The notes under the pieces: model-generated
What the model saw: the letters and a program-made list of their open reading frames with translations, nothing else
The model's database searches: none
Told to the model about the DNA's origin: nothing
Origin: Klebsormidium nitens
Lineage: Eukaryota; Plantae; Klebsormidiophyceae
NCBI GenBank assembly: GCA_000708835.1
Contig: DF237387.1
Coordinates: 12,975 to 76,974, forward strand
Reading direction: 5' to 3'
DNA length: 64,000 nucleotides
Program-made: the position numbers and the translations under genes
Part shown: positions 39,801 to 51,400 of the stretch, one piece after another
Position numbering within the stretch: position 1 is the stretch's first letter
Layout: every line of letters begins with the position of its first letter

Positions 39801-42800
39801 GCTGCCACGTCAGCACCAACCGTCACCGCCTGCTGGGCCATAACTTTCTCTAGCTGGTCGAGCGCGGACTTCGCAGCAACCACCGCTTGGTTCTGCAACA
39901 CTCCGTGTGCGTCCGTCGGTTTCGGGCCCGCTTTTTTGGCGTCGTTACCGACAAGCGATAACAGAGTCGCCAGCCATGCCTCCATTAGTAGTTTCCCGTC
40001 GGGTCCAAGCGCATCGATGCTCAATTGAAGGGTCGCAGTAGCGGACGCACGGACGTCGGGGGGGCTCGCAGGATGCGACGTCCACTTGAGGAAGATCTGC
40101 GGAGAGGCGTAAACGGTTGGTAAGCTGTGCTCAAATCAGCCGCGTATGAGAGACAATCGTCGATGGTCATCTGTTTCTTGAGATCCATGAGAATTCGACG
40201 TAAGTGCTCCCTTCTCGTGAGAAGCAGAAGCCCTTACTCACCTTCGAGGAAACACGAGATCGTTGGACTGCATGAAGGGTCTCTCGGCGACTATACAGGG
40301 CGGATCATCAGTACGCTTGATGGGGCCACAGTCGACCAAACACTAACACTAGCCAGTGGCTATCTTCGCAGACCGCAGCCTCCAGCGGCGATCCAATCCG
40401 GTTGCACCGCCCTTCTCTTCTCTCCAGCCCCGCACAGAAGAACAAGTACAACTGTCACGACACACATGACATCTCACCGGGATCCAAAGCTTCAGCTCGT
40501 CCTTGTCCACGTCCCCCTCCCTCGTCAGCAGCTCCAGCAGCCCCGCCAGAGGCCGCTGCACGGCGCCCCCCAGGCGCTCGTCGGCCGCCAGCCGCCGCAA
40601 AACCCCCAAACCCTGCGCGCCCAGCCACCCGCGGCTCTCGGGGCTCCGGTTGGCGCACGCGCCGAGCGCTCGAACGCCCGTAGACGCCAGGGCGGAGATG
40701 CCCCCCGGGGAGAGGCGGCTCGGGAGGGCGGGGTCGTGGAAGAGAGTGCCGGCCAGCATGCCAAGGAGAGGGGGGGTCCACGTGGCAGCCGCGCCTTCGG
40801 CCCTGGATGAGGGGGTGGAAAGAATTGGTGATTTGAAGGAATCCAGGCAGTCTTTCCTTGCATGAAACCAAAGAAGTTCCAACGGCAAGTCCTTGGAAAA
40901 GGTAGCCCTCACCACCTGTGCTATAAAGTTCAAAGACCTACGAAAGATCAAGCGGAGAGGGTTACGCTTTATCAGGAATGTGGTGAAGGATAACGCGTGA
41001 CCAAGTCGGGCAAGATTATACCTGACACCAAGCACCTATTGTTAAACGCTTCTTGATCCCTTGGTTTCTTTATAGACCGGAATACACGAATTATCAAAAC
41101 CTTTGATGATGCAATTCTCACGTCCGCAGGGATCACCAACGATCCTGCTAAAGCCATATCGAGCAAGAACTAATTATGTCGTCGTTCAATCTGGAAATGA
41201 TGGGTCTTTCGACTCAGGCGCTCTCCTTCAATGCAACAAACAGAAGGCTTGCTTACCACTCCGTCTGGTCTTTCGCAAGCTCCTCGATCGCCCTCGCCGC
41301 ATGAAACTGCACGCTCGGATCGGGGTGCCTCAGCGCAGCTTCGAGCGCTCCCCCATCGCCGTCCAGGCACGCAATCTGCTCCCTGTTTTTCGGCGACCCC
41401 GCTGCCCACGTGGCAACAGCCCACGTCGCCAGCTGGCCGCCCAGGTTGATCTCGTCCAGGGCGGGGCTGCTCTCGCCCCCCAGTAGGAAACTACCGAGGC
41501 CGCTCGGCCCGCTGCGCAAAGGGTGATCTCGGCGAACTACACCCGGAATATGATCCGGGATGGTGAATCCTACCTTCCGAGGCGTGCTGTTTACTGCAGA
41601 CTGTTCTAGCGGTGGTACACTGTCCGCAAAGACTCCTCTGAACAAGCCGAATGGTTGTTGACTGATGAACAACGGCTGGGAACTTGAAGTAGATGCCTGG
41701 GAATGGCTCGATCTCCGCTTCTCGTCCCCCTGACCGACCGCGGCGCTCCTTTCCGACGAAGGGATCCCTTTCAGGTCGCCTTCTAAAACCTCCCGGCCTG
41801 AAGAAGAAACGCGCTCGCTTCCTTCCCAAGCCCGCTGAACGCCTACGATAGACGTGTCTCCCAAAACCCGGATCCCGATGCCCTGCACTCCGCCGCCGTC
41901 CCTTCCGCCCAGGCCCCTCTTCCGCCGTTCCTCTTCTTCGTCCAAATCCCGCTCAAACGAGCGCATCTCTTGCAACGCCGTGGCGATGTCGTCAGGGTCT
42001 GCGTCGGAAGACAGGTGGATGCCACGTGTCCAGCTGCTGACGTCAGGCCCCGCGACGAGCTTCGCGAGAGAAGCGACCAGAAGCCTCTGGCCGGGGTGGG
42101 CGTGGTCGATGTCTTCTAGGTCCTGCAGAGGGGGTGGAAGCTGAGGATAAGTCGCTGTATGACGGAGAACAAAAGCTAGGCCTCCTTATTCGAGTCTCCA
42201 TAGCTGCATTTCAGAGCGCTGCGTGTGTAATCGCTTGCCAATGAATTTGCTTTGTCGACTTCGTCTATGGTAAAAGAAGGGTCACGGAGGACGATTGAGC
42301 AGCAGGAGGGATTACTCGAATCGTTCTTGCCCAGCAGGACGTCTTACGAAGTAGAGCACGACTCTTCAAAGCTTAACGGAAACGGGAACATAATCTGTAT
42401 GATTGTCGAAGCTCCATCGTCGTCAAATGCAAATCCATTCACCGCCCCCTCATTCCTTAGCCCTCAACCCAACAAGATTCTAGCACAACTTATCAACTGA
42501 AAGTTCTTAGACGAACTCGAAAATGGAAGAACCAAACCAAGCCTATCAGAACCAGTCGAAGACATTTCCGCTGAGGTCTCACCTCTTCCAAGTCCCAGTC
42601 CCTGGTTGGGGGCAGCATCTGCACCCGTGGCAACATATCACAATACTTCAACAGCCGCGGCACGGCCCCCCGCTGCGCCAGGACCGCCCCCGCCGTCCTC
42701 TTGTCGTCCAAAAAGTAGCCCAAAGCCCGCGCCGCCTCGTTCCTAACCGCAGGTTCTTCCCGGCTGACCTGCCCCAGTAACCACCGCAGGATCTTCCCCT

Positions 42801-43818
42801 CCCCAGCGCGCGCGATTGCGTTCCGCCGCTCGCGATTCGCTGCAAAGTCAGCGATTAACGCCGCTATGCGAGCCCGTAAAAGCGAGCGCCCCCGACTGTG
42901 CACATCCTCCATCTCTTCCAGAGGGCCCCAGAGCACTGTCACGAGACAGCTCGCGAGCGCCCCCGCAGATGACGTCATTGCCGATGTGGCAGCCGACAGC
43001 TCTTCCCATTGCTCGGCGGCTGCGCTCGAAACCTCGCGAGCGCGGGCCCGGACCTCATGCGCAGCCCCGCGCATGCTTTGGGATGCGGAGCGCATCACCG
43101 CCCGAGGGTCCGTGTTCAGAACCTTGCCAGGTGTCACGTCGCCGTTGGCCACGACGGCTGCCCCCCCGGAGAGAAGAAGCGCGGCCAGAGCGCCGTACAG
43201 GAGGGTGCGTCGGGCGCTCTCAGGGGGACGTTGATGAGGAGGTGTGCTTAACGAGGGGTTTGGAGACGATACAGAGGGGGCGCCGCTGAGATCGGATGAG
43301 AGGCCAGGCGTTTCGCTGCTGAGCCCCCTGAATTCGTGGGCAGAGTGGTCGTTGAGGGGCTGGAAAGGCTGAGCATGACCAAAGTGAAAACGCTGGTCTC
43401 TGTCGGTCCTGTAGTGGCGGACGCTGCCGTGTGCTGGCAAGAGGGCACACTTCAGACCCGAAGGGTGATGCAGCAAGGGGGAAAGAAGTCTGCCGGGAAG
43501 TGGCTGTGAGAAGCGACCCCCGCTTTTTGCCGCTGACGTCTGCTGGCCCCTTGGAGAAAGACTTTCAGCACTCTGAATAAAGGCAGACTCCCTTTTGTCA
43601 GAGCCGTTTCCTGTTATGCTCCCGCTTGCGGCTCTCCGTTGAAGATCAGACTCTCTTTCACACTCCGGACTTGAGGACCTTGCCCCAGCATGCTCTTGCT
43701 TGCCCCCCCTGGCCCCTACTCCTAGACCTTCATCAGAAGTGCGCCAAACTTGGCCACTTTCTGCAACTGAGTCCCTGCGCTGGGAAAGCTTGCAGAGAAC
43801 TCGCCTACGCAGGGCCAT
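36885..43818 (-). CDS. SERAC1-like alpha/beta-hydrolase (PGAP1-like lipase domain) with N-terminal ARM-like repeats and a probable mitochondrial presequence
   Basis: Start MALRRRVLCKLSQRR at 43818. Approximate exons: 42583-43818, 41257-42122, ~40463-40803, ~40243-40290, 37955-40097, 37546-37623, 36885-37139. Motifs: LDVVFIHGLMGGAYKTWR, CWPTDWLAKDLPSARLLSTEYKT, lipase nucleophile FVTHSLGGLVAKQ, GIVFYSCPHFGS, VVPIESAYPG and catalytic-His TDHVNACKP. Confidence 0.88.
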
Positions 43819-45220
43819 GTTTCAGCCCAGTCCTCTCACAGCTCTCAGGCAATCATTGCAAGGGCCATGCTTGATTTTCAAACATGGAGTCCTGTCAAAT
43901 GGTTCATCGACATGGACAGGCCAGAGGCTCAGAGAGCCCCGCCACCACCAGAGCCGTTCTGCAGGGGGTAAAACAAGAGTTGCATTTCAATCAATCAATC
44001 TACCCAGAAGCTGTGGTTAGGAACAGCGAACAAGTTAACTGCACAAAAGGTTGAACCTTCCGTATTATACACCTGAAAGCCTGAAGGCTGCCCCAAAGTC
44101 ACGGTGTCTAGTACACTGCATCTGCCAAGAAACAGGGTAATCAAAACGACCGAACGAAATGACAATCAACAACTTCCTGCATGCGGAGCTTTACCCTCAT
44201 AGTGGTGGTTCTGAACGACTATAAATCGCCGCATCTTTCTGACCTAGAAGATGGCGCTTTCCATCTTGCTCTCAAACTACTCGGAAGAAATCATATTATA
44301 CATGTGAAGAATGCTGAACTTTTTTACTACTCTCTGGATACTTTGCATGGACTCAGTCAGGCACTTCCACAACAATATACATTTCAACAGCTGTCACAAC
44401 ATTGTTGGATGAGAGCTGCACCACTAACGATGGCCTGCTGTAAAGCAGACCAGCACCATCTCAAAGGTTTGACTTGGGCCTGTAACAAGTTCTCACCTCT
44501 TATATTTCCACAGCGTCACAGCATTCTGTCAACGAACTGTCCGGCGCTCACGATTCCAAGCAGCTCCCTACAAAACGAACACCCCTGGACTTGCAGCAAT
44601 GTAGAACATCAATGCAGCTTCTTGAACTCCTACAATTTCAAACAAGCTTTGGAAGCTGCTGTGCTGCTTTTTGTTGTGAACAGCCTCTGGCATATTGTGC
44701 ACTGTCATCAGCTGGAAATTGCAGACTCAAGTACACCCGAGGGTGAAGCGGGAACTCCCCGGGTATGAGTTGCCGGGAAAATTAGCCCTTTCGCGGCCCC
44801 GGTTACCGTCTCGGGCTTTCGCTTGGGGGATCCCACATGGGCCTTCCGGCCATACGGTAGTTTTCGTGAAAACATGGGGCGAATCGCTCCGATCGCACGG
44901 CTTCGCGGCGAATTTGCGCTCGATCGCGGAGTTGCCCCGGGCACGCACTTGGTCGACCCGGAGCAGCGGCTACTTCGGGCGACCGTGCTCGGATTAAAGC
45001 ATGGGTTTTGGTTTACCGGTTGTTAGAGGAAAATTATAGCCAGAATGAGCAGAATTTAAATCATTTGTGTTGGACGTGCTATATGTGATTTGTCTGAGCG
45101 GATTTTTGCGTTTATGGTTACACTGGCGGTACGTACTGGAGGCTACTGGAGGCTCGTCAGTATCATTCCGTTACCTGAGTCGGTCTGGACCACTAGATTC
45201 CAAGGAACGTACCGCGAGAA

Positions 45221-45229
45221 AAACCCTAA
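45221..45229 (+). promoter_or_regulatory. Canonical telo-box AAACCCTAA
   Basis: Exact motif ~1.4 kb upstream of the SERAC1-like ATG and upstream of a possible plus-strand gene at 45588. Confidence 0.35.
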
Positions 45230-45587
45230 AGGCTGACACATGTTGGACGTCATCGTTCTTGGTCATTCAGTATACCTCGAAACGTTCAATGCAGCACTGA
45301 GAGGAGCAGCTGCGCAATGCCATCCTGCAGCTGGCCAAATAACCTTTTTGAGGGTGCTCATGATGGGCAATCAGAAATTGCCCGCATTCCTATGCTCCGG
45401 CCCGGCGCTCCTGCTGGCTGGCTTGGTGTTAAACCTACTATCACGATGAATCAATTAGAATGTTTGCACTGTTGTTGATGCACCACTGCTAGCATCATTC
45501 CATCGTCACGTGATTGTTACCTCTTGCTAGACTGGGCAGCTGTGCCTCGGAGAATAGGACCTGTAGAACCTGAGAGAAGCTAGTTAA

Positions 45588-47227
45588 ATGTCCAATGCTG
45601 CCCCCTTTGCTGCCCCCTTGGTTGACTTTGACCCAAGACAGTACGAGGCAGCGCCAGCCATTGCACTGTCAGGGAACTCCCAGCTGCCAACTCAAAGCTG
45701 CCTTTGGCAATGCACCGACCTGTCAACCATAGCAAGCGAGAAACCAGACTGGGTTCTCATGCTTTGCAAAGAAGCATACCTGAAAGCTCTTCCAGGTAAG
45801 TTGGAGATCAAGGTAAGTTCCAGGAAGAATGATGCAGTTCAGGAATTGCAGCCAATCTACGCTGGCTTGGGAGCTGAATAGAGCCCCAATTTGGGAATGG
45901 CCGCAGGTTTTAGAGATTGATTTAACTGTTCTGTCAGGTTGCATCTTTCAGGGAGCCATGGTTTCAGGATGGTGGCTAATTTGAGCTGGGTTCTGCGTGA
46001 CGACGACGGTTGGCAGGTGGTTTCGCCCCTTACCAGCTATTTTCCTTCACAAAGCTTCAAGGCGAGGTTCACAGGACACTTGATATTTTCATAAGTGGAT
46101 TCGCAGATTCAAATGGCCTCGCAGAATTCTCTTGATGGTTTTGACAACTGAGCAGCATCGTGCACTTATCAGTCTGCCTTGATGAAAGATGAGCTACGAA
46201 CAGAGTCCTGCTGCTCATTTCTGCTCATTGCCTCTGCACTTTTTTGGTAACTGCAATCCCGAGAGCTTTCTGCAAAGCTAGCTGGCTAGCTCCTTCTGCG
46301 CAGCCCTGTGTTCTTGGTCAAGCCCCAAAACCCCCCCAAAAAATCATCCTCTTGAGGAGACCTTCGTGTTTCAGTCATTCCTTGTACATCTTTCATGTAA
46401 AGGACTGCGCCTCTTTGTTGTGTTTCTTTGTGACAGTCTAGAGTTTGGTCACGTGCAAACGCCCCAAGTGAAGTTGTCTTTGTCTCACAGGTGCTCTTGA
46501 CTGGGCTACCTCTTCAATGCTTTACTCCGGATGGTCTACTCTTCACAGCAAAGAGTTGCACTACTTTTGATAGGCTTGCGGCCGGTTCCTTCTACTATGA
46601 AACGAGGCGAGGTTCCTTCCAAAAATAGACATAAGAAAACCAAACTTCAGCCTGACAACAGGGACTGGGCACACATGATAACAAGTCACGAACCTCTCAA
46701 TAGGTATGTTGTGTGAATCGGAAAAGTAAGGACGGACGCTACAGGGGCATGGGATCGCTCTTGCAAAGTGTTTCATAGCAGAAATTCGAGCGGGCCTTGC
46801 ATCATCAGAAGATGCTTGCTTTCAAGTCAGCTTTCCTGGTGACATACCGATTTGCGTTTCCGGTTCTCTCTTTTCTTTGTCTCGTCCCCAAGTTACGAGT
46901 TTGTTTGAACTCAAACATCTCAAGAAACATCAGGTCACCTGTTTGCTCGAAGGTGATATCGAAGTCAGGAGCCGTAGTTCAAGCTTTATGGACCGTTTGC
47001 TTCCTACCGACCAAAGTCGGCAATCGTGAGAGACTAGACATTTGAGGTTGAAAACTGCCCCCGTTGTGGAGAAGGCTTTGTATGGTGGAGCTGGCGAGGT
47101 CGCGGCGCATGGCCGCATCTTTTTCGAATCTTCGTCATGCAATTCTGTGGTCGCTTGCAGAAATGGGGTCCGACCTCGTGAACGACCAGCCGTTGCAATG
47201 CTGCCAACTTGCGAGTCAAAAGTTTGA
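45588..47227 (+). CDS. Possible uncharacterised spliced gene
   Basis: ATG ORF MSNAAPFAAPLVDFDPRQYE..LKALPGKLEIK ends at a good AAG|GTAAG donor (~45812), and there is a coding-like segment near 47042-47227. No family recognised. Confidence 0.2.
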
Positions 47228-48462
47228 AAAGAGGAAGCAAACGCTCGGGAGGTGAGTTTGCTGTATTGCAGCCCGAATTGTTTCAAGCTTGGCTTCAAAG
47301 AGTTCAGATTCAAGTCCAGCCATACTTTTCTTGTTGCCCGCGCTGAAGGGTCCATGCCGGATTGACGGCACACTGAATCACCTTCAACGGTTAAGCGAGT
47401 TGATTAGGACTCGGTTCTCATTTGAACTCGGCAGTTAGCACGGTGCAGAAGCATGAGATGATGTTCTGCGTTTCCTGTCCGAAGCAAATGTGAAGCTAAA
47501 GTACGTACAAAAGAGGATCGACGGTCATAGCAAAACAGGGACGCGGGTGCTGCCACCTTGCCCAAAAGGCAGTCCGTTGAACAGGTTGTTAGAGCGCACT
47601 TTCTTAGGCTCTCGATCAAAAGTATCGGGCGGTTGAGCCTTCACGTCTTCGAACACCTGTACCGCATGCGAGCCCCTGATTTCCAGATGGAAAGTGCACT
47701 CACCAAAGAACGAAGGTCCCTAAACATTGCCACTTTCGTTTTGCAGGAGGATAACAGCCGGCCAAGATTTCTTGGTCTTGACTCCCCATCCCTGCCTTAC
47801 AAGAGTCGAATTCCCGGCCTATCAATTGACCACTTCCATCGTGTAAACAGGATGGTGACTTATATAGGCCAACAATTAAACTTACATATGTAGTTGCAAT
47901 CGTCACTGCAAGAGTCATGACTGAAGATGAAAATCGATTGTCGGACTGCTTCCAAGTACAAGTTTTGACGGTTTCGTTCAGATCAACTTGCCGCGGCCGA
48001 GCTTACAGTCGAAACGTCATATGAGCATAGTACGTGATTATTGGTGGTACCATGAAACCGAGGCCGTGCCGAGAGCCTCGTGCATATTGACAATGGTCCC
48101 TTAGAGGTTTACCCGCGCGGCCGTATATACGCACAGTGCGTACACACGCGCGCATGCCAAGCTGATACGCATTGATCGGCCTGGCCGGCCATACATGCAG
48201 CATGTTAGATATATGCATGGTATATCAAGGCGGGACCGCTTACCGTCAAACATGTCGGAGGGTAATTGATTAATTCAGGGCCCAGGGCCGGGATCGTGCA
48301 CTCATCATTGCATGGCTTCGATGTTTCACAACGCGTGGTGTGCACGATTATTGCAGTTGCAATTCCGGGGTGAGTACGGGAGTTGGACACCAGTATATGC
48401 TCTCATCATAAGGGCGAAGTAAGTAAGATAATGTCCATCATACCCAGAATTAATGTTACCAA

Positions 48463-51400
48463 TCAAGAAGGCCTGGCTTTTTTTGACGCACGACTTGTAT
48501 TTGAAAAGCTTCCCTCCGGTTCCTTCTTCTTGCTGCAGCGGCGCTCGGCAAGCTTCTCTATGTACTTCCAAGGTTGAGAAGGGTCAACCCCAGCCGCAGC
48601 CATACTAGCCTCGACCGCTTCAATTGCTGCAGCCTCATCCACGTTACCTCTCCGCATGACGTCTTCTATGATTATGCACAGTTTGCGGAACTTGGAGAAA
48701 TACCTGATCTCTTTCACCCGCCCCCTCCTCCATGAACAGCCGTACAGATCCTCCAAATCCCTCAAGGGAAGCGGACAGCCTGGCTTGCCATGTGCCCATT
48801 CACTCCAATATTGAGCTACACACTGGTAATCTCTTCCTACCGTGTAACCCGAAACCCATTCGGGAAGGACGGTCGCATTCGAACGAACCCTCACAAAGGC
48901 CTGTCCGACGTCTGCGCTTTCTCTAAGAAGTTCGCCGTCCAGCTGGACTTCTCCACTGGGCTGTACGCCACCAGTCGTGCTGCTCGCTGGCCCCCCCTCT
49001 GGTGCACTACTGTATGCAGGCACCCTCTCCGGTGCGCGGCTGTTCTCTCCCCCCTCCTCTGGTGCGTGGCTGTCCGCGGGCACCCTCGCCGGTGCCCCGC
49101 CGTTTGAGGCGACCGCGTCCGAGGCGCGGCTGTCCGCTGCGCCCCCCTCTGGGGCTTGGCTGTTTTCTGTTCCTCCTTCTCGGGCAGGGCTGCCCGTTGG
49201 ACTCCCGTTCGGTGCGCGTGTGTCCGCGGGCCTCCTCTCTGGTGCGCAGCCGTTGGCGGCGACCGCGTCCGGTGCGCGGGTGTCCGCGGACGTCCCCGCC
49301 GGTGCGGGGCTGTCCGAAGCGCCCCCTTCCGGTGCGCGACTGTCCGAAGCGCCCCCTTTCGGTGGCACGCAGCTGTCCGCGGACGCCCCTGCCGGTTCGC
49401 GGCGGTCCACAGCTCCCCCGTCCGGCGCGCAACTGTCCGCGGCGCCCCCGTCCGGTGTGCTGCCGTCCGTTGGCACACTCCCCGAGCACGCGGCCGCTCG
49501 TGCGGCTGCTCTTAAGGCAGCCTCTGTTGCTGCCGTAAGCGATGAGCTCGGGGGCCGAGCGAAAAAGGTCGGATGGCTTCTTCGGACAGCGGATTGCCCG
49601 CGCTCCACGGCAGTTGAAGCCCCACGTTCCCCGGTCGAGGAGGGGCTCGGAATTGCCCCAAAACGTTGGCCGGAACCGGAGTCCTGAAGGAGTCTCCTTA
49701 GTCCCGCCACCTCCTGCGCCAATTCCGCGATCTGCTTGAGGCCCGCTCGTTCCTTCTCCTTGCAGTCGCGAACGTCGCGTTGGATCCCAGCCAACAGTGC
49801 CTGATGATCCCGGAGGAGTGTAATGACCTGCATAGAGCATACTCCAATGATTTGGGAGGCGACATGATGAGCGCGTCCTACGATATTTGACAGAAGAAGA
49901 GGGAAGCAAAAGTACGCCCGTAAAAGCATGCGCGGACCTTGCCGAGTTGCATAAGGACATCTCCGAAATGGATGACCGACGTGTCTCCTTTCCGAACAAA
50001 ATCAGATACGAAGCTGACGTTTTATTGGCCCGTTCATCGACCGACACACTTGGCAAAGCCTTTGTCAGGGTCTGAATAGGGCTGTGGTACACCAAGGAGA
50101 TACTTCGCTTGAAACGAAGACCTGCCCTGCTGACACGGTGGTCGTGTTTTGAATCAACCGTGATGCATTGTCCAAGCGAAGCGGTCTCACGGAAAGAACT
50201 TTGCTTATCTAAGCTCCCGAGGAGAAAGCATGCAGATCATAAGTTTCTTCACGCAGGTCAATCAGAACTCCGACCCCGATGGTGTAACGTACATTGGAGC
50301 AACACATCATAACAGTTGACTTTCAGCAAACAATCTGAACAGATGGGTACGTCTCTCTAAACCTTGAAAGCTAGTTCGGGATTCACCTCGGGTGGCAGGT
50401 TGATGAGTTGCGGCGGGGCCTCCGGTGCGTTGCACGCTTCCAAGACCTCCGCCGCAAACGAGTCCCAGTCATCGCCCTCAAAGATAGAGTGGTAGATGAT
50501 GGGGTGACCGAGGTACTTTTCAAGGCTTTGTAGCACGGCCACGTCCTGGAGGATGACCGCACGCAGCTCAATGAGCAGCTCGACGAAGCGCTGTGCGGCG
50601 ATGTCCCGCTCAGCCACGGGGCGAGTGAGATTCTTCTGCAGAGACTCGGTGAAAGTTAGCGTCTCTTCAAAAGAAGCTCTTTCTCCGTACGATGTACGCT
50701 GTTCGTCTCCTGATAGCAAATCGTAGTGCCCGAGCACGGCGGTGACAACAACCTCAGCCAAAGGAGAAGACCTTATTGCCGTGACCGGTGTGTTTTTTAC
50801 TACTGTATGGTTCTCCAATTCGGTCCCGAGCGCTTCCTTTGAGCACGACTTGACCGGATTTTGAACACCCGGAACCATTGACCTCCAAGTACAAAGTGAA
50901 GTCTTCAAGTCTTCCTCGGAAGCCGCGGTTTTGAAAGAGCAAAGACCGTCTGATATGCAAGAACTCTTGAAGAATGGCGCAGGCATCTTCTTGGATTAAC
51001 GCTCTCTTCAACCAGTGACTAAGGGGAGAAACTCACGTTCCTGATGTACGTGAGCGCATCTTCCGCCCACGGAAAGATCTTGGCCGCTAAATCTGGATGG
51101 TTGGTCTCAGGGCGTGCGCGGCCGCGCTTGAGCACGTACGCCTTCCGGTCGTCCGAGGAACCAGCATTGATGAGCATGGCACCGACCGGCAGCTGGTTGA
51201 GGTAGGACGTCCGGAAGTGGTCGTAGATCCAGCGTCCAAGTCGGGCGCTCTCCCCCTCTTTTCCACTGCAAACATCAAAGGCAGTGATGTTATCTACTTC
51301 TCGATGCAAACATGCAGGCAAGCCTTTGCATCTTTAAGAGACTCCTGAAGACACGTTGTGCAACCTAAACGGCCTGCCTGCACAAACGCGATGCCTGACA

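Noticed and set aside
38204-39853. Multiple plus-strand ORFs of 110-256 aa
   Set aside because: Antisense shadows of the GC-rich SERAC1-like exon.
48977-50095. Several long overlapping ORFs (48977-49687 +, 49007-50095 -, 48891-49478 -)
   Set aside because: These are shadow frames of the GC-rich 30-bp coding repeat in the Crypton last exon.
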